IMG/VR virus record: IMGVR_UViG_3300005573_000202
Location: 1-34,914 of that record
From: a virus
Lineage: Duplodnaviria > Caudoviricetes
Strand: one strand, 5' to 3'
DNA: 34,914 nt
Below, one piece after another: positions 17,060-25,156 of this stretch. The first letter of the stretch is position 1. Every line of letters begins with the position of its first letter. The notes under the pieces were generated by a model, which saw only the letters and a program-made list of their open reading frames with translations, was not told the DNA's origin and did not search any database. Made by a program: the position numbers and the translations under genes.

Positions 17060-17506
17060 GTGTCCGGCAACTCGATCCGCGAACGGATTCTGCTCGCGGT
17101 GATGGCGGCCGTCCGCACGCCGGTGGAATCGCTTGGGGCGACCTTGCACCGCTCGCCCACGGTGGCCATCGGCCGGGAGCAATGTCCGGCGCTGGTGGTG
17201 TTCCCCGAGTCCGAATCGATCACCGAACGCGCCAACGACCGCGTCACACGCGAGCTCACGGTGCGCCTCGTCGCGCTGGCCCGCGCGGTACCGCCCGCCA
17301 TTGCGGAAACCGAAGCCGACCGGCTGCTCACCGCCGCCCACGCCGCGCTGATGGCCGACCGCAATCTCGGCGGCTTGGCCTTGGGGCTGCGTGAGCAGGA
17401 CTGTGAGTGGGACGTCGAGGACGCCGATGCGGCGGCCGCCACGATCCCCGCGCGCTATTGCGTCACCTACCGGACGCTCGATACCGATCTTTCAGCCCAA
17501 GGATGA
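17060..17506 (+). CDS. Tail terminator/completion protein (gpU-like)
   Basis: 148 aa; SIRERILLAV...PALVV...DRNLGGLA...YCVTYRT; located before the tube gene. Confidence 0.65.
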   Translation: MSGNSIRERILLAVMAAVRTPVESLGATLHRSPTVAIGREQCPALVVFPESESITERANDRVTRELTVRLVALARAVPPAIAETEADRLLTAAHAALMADRNLGGLALGLREQDCEWDVEDADAAAATIPARYCVTYRTLDTDLSAQG

Positions 17507-17510
17507 CCCC

Positions 17511-17729
17511 ATGACTTCCATCGTTCTGACTCAGCCGCACACCCACGCGGGCCAAGCCCACAAGGCGGGCGAACGGCTCGATGTGGATGGCCACACCGCC
17601 GACTGGCTCATCGCCAACGGCATTGCCCGCTACGACCACCGGCCCGCACCCGTGCCGCAGCCGGAAGGTGATGGCGCTCCCAGCGAAGCCAAACCCACTC
17701 CCAACCAACGCAAGGAATCCAAGCCATGA
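17511..17729 (+). CDS. Small hypothetical virion-region protein, 72 aa
   Basis: AAGGA RBS; PHTHAGQAHKAGERLDV...ADWLIANG; its stop overlaps the next ATG. Confidence 0.65.
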   Translation: MTSIVLTQPHTHAGQAHKAGERLDVDGHTADWLIANGIARYDHRPAPVPQPEGDGAPSEAKPTPNQRKESKP

Positions 17730-18599
17730 GCACCTATGCCAGTTTTCAGGGTCGCGTCTTTCTCGGCAAGCGCGACGAATCCGGCCTGCCCATCGAAGTG
17801 CGATCGCCCGGCAACGTGGCTGAGCTCAAGCTCTCGCTCAAGACCGACGTACTGGAGCACTACGAGAGCCAGACCGGCCAGCGCACACTCGACCACCGGA
17901 TGGTGAAGCAGAAGTCCGCCACCGTGAATCTCACCATCGAGGAGTTCACCAAGGAAAACCTCGCGCTGGCCCTCTACGGCAACCACGTCACCGGCAGCAC
18001 CGGCACGGTGACCGCCGAACCCATCGGCGGTGCCGCGCCCGTGGTGGGCGACAGGTACTTCGGAGTTCACCAAGGAAAACCTCGCGCTGGCCCTCTACGG
18101 CAACCACGTCACCGGCAGCACCGGCACGGTGACCGCCGAACCCATCGGCGGTGCCGCGCCCGTGGTGGGCGACAGGTACTTCCTGGCCCACCCGAAGGTA
18201 TCTTCCCTCGTCGTGGTCGATTCGGCGGCGACGCCTGCCACCCTGGCTCTGGGCACGAACTACACGGCAGACACCGACTTCGGTGCCCTCCAGTTTCTGG
18301 AGATCACCGGCTTCACGCCGCCGTTCAAGGCCAGCTACGCCTACGGTGTGGCCACCGAGATCGGCATCTTCACCCAGGCGCTGCCCGAGCGCTTCCTGCG
18401 CCTGGAAGGCGTCAACACCGCGCAGGGCAACGCCAAGGTGCTGGTGGAGCTCTACCGCGTGGCCTTTGATCCACTGAAGGAGATCTCCTTCATCTCGGAC
18501 GAGTACAACAAGTTCGAGCTGGAAGGCTCGCTCCTGGCCGACACCACCAAGCCCTATGACGCGGTGCTCGGCCAGTTCGGCCGCATCGTGCAACTGTGA
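17726..18599 (+). pseudogene. Major tail (tube) protein frameshifted by a 121-bp internal tandem duplication
   Basis: The N-terminal half (MSTYASFQGRVFLGKR) and C-terminal half (...FELEGSLLAD...GQFGRIVQL) are in different frames. Removing one repeat copy restores a single 250-aa ORF. Confidence 0.85.
17941..18182 (+). repeat. Perfect tandem duplication, 2 x 121 bp
   Basis: 17941-18061 is identical to 18062-18182 (GGAGTTCACC...ACAGGTACTTC). Confidence 0.97.
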
Positions 18600-18610
18600 T
18601 GGGGACTGCC

Positions 18611-19006
18611 ATGAGCGATCTGGAAACCCTGCTCCCGCAGGCGGTGGAACTGGTCATCGACGGCGAGCCGCTGGCCATCAAACCACTCAAGGTCGGCCAG
18701 ATGCCCGCCTTCCTGCGCGCGATCACGCCGGTGATGCAGCAGCTCACCGCTCACGAGATCGACTGGCTGGCGTTGTTCGGGCAGCAGGGCGAGGACCTGT
18801 TGTCGGCCATCGCCATCGCGGTGGGTAAGCCGCGCGCGTGGGTTGACGATCTGGCCGCCGACGAGGCGATCCTGCTGGCGGCCAAGGTGATCGAGGTGAA
18901 CGCGGATTTTTTTACCCGGACGGTGCTGCCGAAGCTCGACAGCCTGTTCGCGCAAACGAAGCAAGCGCCGGAGATGGCAGCTGGTTCGACACCGTCCAGT
19001 ACCTGA
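18611..19006 (+). CDS. Tail assembly chaperone (gpG-like)
   Basis: 131 aa after the tube gene; contains the slippery sequence GAT TTT TTT ACC at 18905-18916. Confidence 0.8.
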   Translation: MSDLETLLPQAVELVIDGEPLAIKPLKVGQMPAFLRAITPVMQQLTAHEIDWLALFGQQGEDLLSAIAIAVGKPRAWVDDLAADEAILLAAKVIEVNADFFTRTVLPKLDSLFAQTKQAPEMAAGSTPSST

Positions 19007-19212
19007 TCGAGCACGGCCACCGCTTGCCCGACATCCTCGACTACACCCTGGCACAGGTGCGCGGCTTCGTCGCCGCCACGGCACGCAGCGATGCGGCCCG
19101 CGATGCGCGGCTGCTGTCGCTCGTCGCCATCGGCACGCGCGGCGACGCCCGTCACCTCGACCAGACCCTTGACCGCCTGACTGACCATGCGCATCTCCGT
19201 CCGCATCGATAG
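18907..19212 (+). CDS. Tail chaperone frameshift extension (gpT-like; -1 frame)
   Basis: The -1 frame is open from the T7 run (18907-18913) to the stop at 19212 and encodes WFDTVQYLIEHGHRLPDILDYTLAQVRGF...; it lacks a good independent ATG. Confidence 0.72.
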   Translation, partial: FFYPDGAAEARQPVRANEASAGDGSWFDTVQYLIEHGHRLPDILDYTLAQVRGFVAATARSDAARDARLLSLVAIGTRGDARHLDQTLDRLTDHAHLRPHR

Positions 19213-19831
19213 CGCTGCCGCGCAGGCGCAACTGCGCCGTTGGGGCAGTGAGTTCCGCGAGAAGGCGCGGAAGGCAGTCGCGCGCGGCCTCGCCATCGAG
19301 GCTGCTGAGCTCAAACAGGACGTGCGCGGCCACGTCGCCGGGCAGTTGAACGTGGTGAAAAAGGCCTTCCTCAAGGGCTTCACCGCCCGCGTATTGGACC
19401 GCGACCCGAACCGCTTGCCCGCGCTCTACGTGGGTTCGCGCATCCCGTGGTCGGGGATGCACGAGCGCGGTGGCCTGATCGCCGGCCGGATGCTGATCCC
19501 GCTCTACGGGCGCGTCGGCCGCAAGCGTTTCAAGGCGCAAATTGCCGAGCTGATGCGCGGCGGCAACGCCTATTTCATCAAGAATGCGAAGGGGAACATC
19601 GTCCTGATGGCCGAGAACATCAAGGAACACGACCGTCCGCTGGCGGGCTTCAAGCGCCGTTATCGCAAAGCAGATGGCATCAAGCGTCTCAAGCGCGGCG
19701 CTGACATCCCGATTGCCGTGCTGGTGCCCAAGGTCGTACTCAGGAAGCGCCTCGATATCGAGCGTCTGGTCGCGGGCCGGATTCCACGCCTGTCGGCGGC
19801 GGTGGAGCAGAGCCTGAATCAAATCGTGTGA
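19187..19831 (+). CDS. Basic neck/tail completion-type protein (DUF6441-like)
   Basis: 214 aa, very Arg/Lys-rich, co-oriented within the tail operon. Confidence 0.6.
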   Translation: MRISVRIDSAAAQAQLRRWGSEFREKARKAVARGLAIEAAELKQDVRGHVAGQLNVVKKAFLKGFTARVLDRDPNRLPALYVGSRIPWSGMHERGGLIAGRMLIPLYGRVGRKRFKAQIAELMRGGNAYFIKNAKGNIVLMAENIKEHDRPLAGFKRRYRKADGIKRLKRGADIPIAVLVPKVVLRKRLDIERLVAGRIPRLSAAVEQSLNQIV

Positions 19832-19834
19832 CCA

Positions 19835-20638
19835 CTATCGCGGAACACGCACGTAGCGAATGGGGTTTTGCGATCCACTGCCAGCAGTGCCGAATAGGGA
19901 CGAGGCGTTCTTCTGACTGAAACTCGCCCCTTGGAGCGGATCTTCGTGAACGGGCACGAAAGTGAATCGGCCCTCTGAATCTGGGCCTTGCCACTCCTTG
20001 ACCTCGAAGACACCACGGACGATGCCGTTGGCGTGAATGATCGCGTAGCGGCATCGCGAAGCGCGCTTCGGGTCGAGTTTCCAGCGGCCCTTGGAGACGT
20101 CGAGCAGCGTGGACTTCTGTGCAACGACTTCAGGCCACCGCCGATTGATGTTGATCGCGATGACCTCCTCCGACTCGGCGACGCCCGGTAGATCTGCAAT
20201 GCGGAAAGGTTCGCCTTTCGTCGCTTCCAGGTCTTGCACCGTCTTCAAGCCGAAGTGAGTCGTGCCATGCCCAGAGACCTGATTCGTCAGAGCGCCTCCT
20301 AGCTGCCAGTCAAGAACGCTGATGAGGGCAGCCTCAATCAGCAGCGCCTGCTCGGGGGTCAGCCCTTCCCAGACGATGTACATGGACGGCTCGGAGCCCG
20401 CTCGCAGTAGGGCTGCAATGCGCTGCCGCTTCGGCGACAGGCCATCTCTGTCGACGTCCTCATCTTCCGGAGTTTCGAGCAGGCGCATTGGATCGTCGGT
20501 CAGTAGTCGACGCACCTCTTCGACGTGATCGAAGACCCGATTTCCTTGGCCCTTGCCCACGTAAAAGATCCGGTCGTCCAAGTCTGCAAGGGCATAGACA
20601 TAGGACCCGATCGCTTCAACGGTTGCCGGTGAGAACAC
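19835..20638 (-). CDS. GIY-YIG nuclease (LEM-3-like) with an extra C-terminal domain; antisense accessory gene
   Basis: YVYAL...IFYVGKGQGNRVFDH...ALLIEAALI...LTNQVSG supplies the GIY-YIG catalytic Y, R, E and N residues. GTG start with AAGGA RBS. Confidence 0.85.
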   Translation of the reverse strand: MFSPATVEAIGSYVYALADLDDRIFYVGKGQGNRVFDHVEEVRRLLTDDPMRLLETPEDEDVDRDGLSPKRQRIAALLRAGSEPSMYIVWEGLTPEQALLIEAALISVLDWQLGGALTNQVSGHGTTHFGLKTVQDLEATKGEPFRIADLPGVAESEEVIAININRRWPEVVAQKSTLLDVSKGRWKLDPKRASRCRYAIIHANGIVRGVFEVKEWQGPDSEGRFTFVPVHEDPLQGASFSQKNASSLFGTAGSGSQNPIRYVRVPR

Positions 20639-20680
20639 AACCCATCCTTTCGCTCATCAGTTACTTGGAATATACCCGCG

Positions 20681-23600
20681 ATGTCTAGCAAGCGCATCAG
20701 CATCCTCGTCGCGCTCGAAGGAGCCGACGAGGGGCTCAAACGCGCCATCACCTCGGCCGAGCGCAGCCTTGGCGAGCTCTCAAGCACTGCAAAAACCGCC
20801 GGTGAGAAGGCGGCCGCCGGCATGGCCGAGGTCAGGGCGGGCATGTCCGCGTTCGGCGAACAGGTCAACCGGGCCAAGACCCAGCTGCTGGCCTTCCTGA
20901 CCATCAACTGGGCCGGCGGCAAGGTCCAGGAGATCGTCCAGATCGCCGACGCGTGGAACATGATGTCCGCGCGCCTGAAGCTGGCCACGGCCGGGCAGCG
21001 CGAGTACGTCACTGCGCAATCGGCCCTCTTTGACATCGCTCAGCGAATCGGTGTGCCGATCCAGGAGACCGCCACGTTGTACGGCAAGCTGCAGCAGGCC
21101 GTGCGCGGATTGGGCCTCGAGCAGAAGGACGCGCTCACGATCACCGAGAGCATCTCGCAGGCGCTACGCTTGTCGGGAGCGTCCGCCGAGGAATCGCGTT
21201 CCGCCTTGCTGCAGTTCGGGCAGGCGCTGGCCTCGGGCGTGTTGCGCGGCGAGGAGTTCAACTCCGTCGTCGAGAACAGCCCGCGCCTGGCGCAGGCCCT
21301 GGCCGATGGCCTGAACGTGCCCATCGGTCGGCTGAGGAAGCTCGCCGAAGAAGGACGGCTCACCGCCGACGTGGTGGTCAACGCGCTGATGAGCCAGAAG
21401 GAGAAGCTGGCCGCCGAGTACGCACAACTGCCGCAGACGGTCAGCCAGAGCTTTGAGCGCCTGCGCAATGCCTTCGGGCAGTGGATCAGCAGGCTTGACG
21501 AATCGACCGGCTTCACCAAGAAGCTCGCCGAGGCGTTGACCTTCCTCGCCAACAACCTGGACACGGTGATGCAGTGGTTGAAGCGCATCGCCGAGGTCGG
21601 GCTGGCAGTGCTGATCTACCGCCTGATCCCGGCCTTGATCACCGCGTGGCAGACAGCCGGGGCGGCAGCGGTCACGGCCGCCACCGCCACCTCGGCCGCG
21701 TGGGCGACCGCGAATCTGTCCTTGGCTGAGGCCATCGCCACGGTGGGCAAACTGCGTGTCGCGTTCGCGGCGCTGGGAGCCTTCCTCGTCGGCTGGGAGA
21801 TCGGCACGTGGTTGTCCGAGAAGTTCGAGATCGTCCGCAAGGCCGGCATCTTCATGGTGGAGATGCTGGTCAAGGGTATCGAGCAGCTGCGCTACCGCTG
21901 GGATGTGTTCGCGGCTGTTTTCACGTCGGACACGATTGCCGAGGCCACCAAGCGCCATGAGCAGCGGCTGGCGGAGATGAATCAGATCTTCGCGCAGATG
22001 TACGCCGATGCAGCCAAGGGGGCGGACGCCGCCAAGGGCGCGATGAACACCGCCGCCTCGGCTGCCGAGGAGATTGCCAAGCGGCTGGAGGCCGTGCGGC
22101 AGGGAACGCAGGAGGCGGTCGGGCGCGGCATCGAGGCGGTCCATAGCGCCCTTGAGAAACTGAAATCCCGCCTCGGTGAGGTCGAGCAGGCAACGGCCAA
22201 GGCCAACCAGACGGTCAACGACGCCACTGCGAAAATGGCCGATGCCTACAAGGGCCTGACCTCCATCGTCGAGGCCAGCCTGCAGCGGCAGGTTGAGGCC
22301 GTGAAGGCGCGCTACGAGCAGGAGAAGAGCGCACTCGAACTCTCCAAACAGTCCGAAGCCGCGCTGATCACGAAGTCCACGCAGCTGCTGACCGATGCGC
22401 TGACGCAGCAGACCACACTGCGCCGGCAGGCGACTGCCGACACCCTGAAGCTGATTGACGACGAGTCGCGGGCCAAGATCGAAGCGGCGCGCCGTGATGG
22501 ACAGACCGAGGCCGAGCGCGCCGCCAACGTCACCCGCGTCGAAAACGAAATCTTGGCTACCAAGCGCCAGACTTTGACGCAGGCGCTCTCCGAGTACCGG
22601 CAGCACATCGATGCCCTCAACGCCGAGGCCAACCGGCACCTGGCCGAAGTGCAGCGCATCGAGGAGGAGAAGCGCCAGCTCTCGATGACGACGGAGGAGC
22701 GCATCCGCGACATCCGCCGTCAGGGCATGACCGAGTACGAGGCGACCGAAGACCGCAAGCGTCAGATCGCCGAGTACCAGGCGAAGGCACGCGAGGCGCT
22801 GGCCGACGGCGAGCTTGAGCAGGCCCGACAACTGGCGCAGAAGGCGATGGACCTGGCCGCCCAGGTGGCGAGTAGCCAGACCAGCGAGGCCAGGCGCGGC
22901 GAGGAGGCGCGCAAGCAGTCTGAGCAGGCGGTGACCCAGGTCGCGCAGCTCGAAGCGCAGTCCCGCGAGGCCACTCGCCGCCAGGAATACGCGCAGGCCG
23001 ATGCTCTGATGCGGCAGGCCGATCAACTGCGCGCAGAGTTGGCGCAGAAGGCGAAGGAAGCGGATGCCCAGATCGCGCAAGGTAAGGATGGCGTCAATCA
23101 GGCCATCCAGCGCATCCGCGACTCGGAGGAGATCCTCAACAAGACGCTCGACGCCGAAGCCCAAGCCCACAAGACAGCAGCCCAATCGGCGCTCTCGGCG
23201 CGCGATGAGATCCAGCGGACGCTGACCGAGACCACGCGCCAGATCGATGACATCACGGCCAAGCTCAAGGACGGCCTGAAGGTCACGCTGGATGCCGATG
23301 CGACGCGCTTCAACCAGGCCCTTGCCGATCTGGACAAGGCACTGGCCGAGAAGAAATACCTGCTGCAGATCCAGGCCGACTTGCAGGAAGCGGAGAAGAA
23401 GCTCAAGGAGTACGAGGCGTTGCTCAAGGAAGGCAAGACGCTGCCGGTCGATGCCGACGTGTCGAAGGCCAAGGAAGCGCTCGACAAGCTCAAGGTCTAC
23501 GCCGACCAGAACTCGCAGCTCGAACTGAAGGTGACCACCGAGAAGGCGCAGGCGGCGATCACCAACGTCGAAACGATGATCCGGGCGCTCGACCGCATCC

Positions 23601-24736
23601 AGACCGAGTCGCGCCACCAGGTCAACTCGAACGCGGATGCTGCCCGATCCGAGATCCTGAGCCTCAACGGCATGAACACGTCGAGCACGCACACGATCTA
23701 CGTGCGCAAGGTGGAGACGAATGCCACTGGCGGTTTGGTCGGCCGCGGCGTGCGCCACTTTGCCGATGGCGGTGTGGTGGCTCCGGCCTTTCCCCGGATG
23801 ACCGGCGGCACCGTTCCTGGCTCCGGCCACCACGACACGGTGCCGCGCACCCTGGACGCCGGGGCCTTCGTGATCCGCAAAGCCGCCGTGCAGAAGTACG
23901 GCAGCGGCGCGCTGTCTCGTCTGGCGAACAGTGTCGCCGGGGGCGTCGCCCGCTTCGCGGTTGGCGGCCGCGTTGACTCCTTGAACGGTACCGGTTCCAC
24001 AGGATCCGGTTTCAACGACCAGCCGAGCAGGCCCAAGAAAAACAGGGAGGTGGTCGAAGCTCTGCAGATGATCGAACTCGGCCTGCAGGGAATGCGTGAA
24101 TATACCGGCTGGCTCGAGAGAAACTACGGCGCGGCAGTCAGCGTCGACATGCGCTGGAAAACGATGGAGAGCTACGGCCAGCAGGCGCAGCAGGATCGGC
24201 GCACGCTGGAAGATCTCATCGGCCGCAAGACGCTGACCGGCAACGAGCGTCAGAACATCGAGCGCATCAAGAAGACGTGGCGGCAGGCGATGGCCCAGCC
24301 TCTGCTCTGGGGCAAAGACCTGGAGCGCGACTTGATCGACTACATGGAGCAGAACCAGGGCGAGTTCTACCGGCGCGGCGGCTTGTCCAAATCCGACACC
24401 GTACCGGCGATGCTCACCCCGGGTGAGTTCGTCGTGAACCGGCAGGCCGTCGCCCGCTACGGCGCGGGCTTCTTCGAAGCCATCAACAACCTGAGCGCTC
24501 CCGCGCAGGCACTGGCCGGGCGTGCGCTGGCGGGCATCCAGGGCTTTGCCTCTGGCGGTCTGGTGCAGCCCGCAAGCCGCAGCCTGCCACGTCCCTCGTT
24601 GCCAGAAGGTACGCCCACCCGCACCGTGCGCGTGGAGTTGTCCTCGGGCGACCGCAAAGTCAATGCCGCCATCGATGCGCGCGACGAGTCGCGCCTGCTG
24701 CAACTGTTGGATGCCGCCCGCGCCCGGGCGGTCTGA
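20681..24736 (+). CDS. Tail tape measure protein, 1351 aa
   Basis: Tape-measure domain (LLQFGQALASGVLRGEEFNSVVENSPRL), hydrophobic segments, a long coiled coil and C-terminal FAxGG / DTVPAMLTPGEFVV motifs. Confidence 0.95.
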   Translation: MSSKRISILVALEGADEGLKRAITSAERSLGELSSTAKTAGEKAAAGMAEVRAGMSAFGEQVNRAKTQLLAFLTINWAGGKVQEIVQIADAWNMMSARLKLATAGQREYVTAQSALFDIAQRIGVPIQETATLYGKLQQAVRGLGLEQKDALTITESISQALRLSGASAEESRSALLQFGQALASGVLRGEEFNSVVENSPRLAQALADGLNVPIGRLRKLAEEGRLTADVVVNALMSQKEKLAAEYAQLPQTVSQSFERLRNAFGQWISRLDESTGFTKKLAEALTFLANNLDTVMQWLKRIAEVGLAVLIYRLIPALITAWQTAGAAAVTAATATSAAWATANLSLAEAIATVGKLRVAFAALGAFLVGWEIGTWLSEKFEIVRKAGIFMVEMLVKGIEQLRYRWDVFAAVFTSDTIAEATKRHEQRLAEMNQIFAQMYADAAKGADAAKGAMNTAASAAEEIAKRLEAVRQGTQEAVGRGIEAVHSALEKLKSRLGEVEQATAKANQTVNDATAKMADAYKGLTSIVEASLQRQVEAVKARYEQEKSALELSKQSEAALITKSTQLLTDALTQQTTLRRQATADTLKLIDDESRAKIEAARRDGQTEAERAANVTRVENEILATKRQTLTQALSEYRQHIDALNAEANRHLAEVQRIEEEKRQLSMTTEERIRDIRRQGMTEYEATEDRKRQIAEYQAKAREALADGELEQARQLAQKAMDLAAQVASSQTSEARRGEEARKQSEQAVTQVAQLEAQSREATRRQEYAQADALMRQADQLRAELAQKAKEADAQIAQGKDGVNQAIQRIRDSEEILNKTLDAEAQAHKTAAQSALSARDEIQRTLTETTRQIDDITAKLKDGLKVTLDADATRFNQALADLDKALAEKKYLLQIQADLQEAEKKLKEYEALLKEGKTLPVDADVSKAKEALDKLKVYADQNSQLELKVTTEKAQAAITNVETMIRALDRIQTESRHQVNSNADAARSEILSLNGMNTSSTHTIYVRKVETNATGGLVGRGVRHFADGGVVAPAFPRMTGGTVPGSGHHDTVPRTLDAGAFVIRKAAVQKYGSGALSRLANSVAGGVARFAVGGRVDSLNGTGSTGSGFNDQPSRPKKNREVVEALQMIELGLQGMREYTGWLERNYGAAVSVDMRWKTMESYGQQAQQDRRTLEDLIGRKTLTGNERQNIERIKKTWRQAMAQPLLWGKDLERDLIDYMEQNQGEFYRRGGLSKSDTVPAMLTPGEFVVNRQAVARYGAGFFEAINNLSAPAQALAGRALAGIQGFASGGLVQPASRSLPRPSLPEGTPTRTVRVELSSGDRKVNAAIDARDESRLLQLLDAARARAV

Positions 24737-24746
24737 GTTCTCCCCG

Positions 24747-25154
24747 ATGCAACTGAAGAACCTCGCCGACGAGGTGGCCCTGGTACTTCCCGACGATCTG
24801 CTGTGGAGCGACGAGCACGCCTGGTCACCGGCCGTGGCGTCCGCGTCCTACCTCATCACCGGCGCCTTGCTGATCCAATCCGCGACCCGGCAGGCCGGGC
24901 GGCCGATCACGCTGGTGGGCGCGCCCGACATGGCCTGGGTCACCCGGGCCACCGTCGAGCAGTTGCGCGCGTGGGCGGCAATTCCGGTCGGCAGCACCAC
25001 GGGACGGTTCGCGCTGACCTTCGCCGATGGCCGCTCGTTCACCGTGGCCTTTCGGCATGCGGAGACGGCCATCGAGGCCGAGCCCGTGCTGGGCATTCCG
25101 GCGCGTGCCGACACCGACTTTTACCACCTGACCTTGCGTTTCCTGGAGATCTGA
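24747..25154 (+). CDS. Minor tail protein (distal-tail position), 135 aa
   Basis: Directly after the tape measure gene; LPDDLLWSDEHAWSP...GRPITL. Confidence 0.7.
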   Translation: MQLKNLADEVALVLPDDLLWSDEHAWSPAVASASYLITGALLIQSATRQAGRPITLVGAPDMAWVTRATVEQLRAWAAIPVGSTTGRFALTFADGRSFTVAFRHAETAIEAEPVLGIPARADTDFYHLTLRFLEI

Positions 25155-25156
25155 TC

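Noticed and set aside
18030-18599. Separate 189-aa tail gene
   Set aside because: It is the C-terminal part of the tail tube gene, created by the 121-bp duplication.
21164-24703. 1179-aa ORF on the minus strand, and other long antisense ORFs (449-1996, 10068-11360, 27206-28708, 29072-30622)
   Set aside because: They mirror well-supported + strand genes and have no recognisable motifs. Such shadow ORFs are expected with strong GC3 bias.
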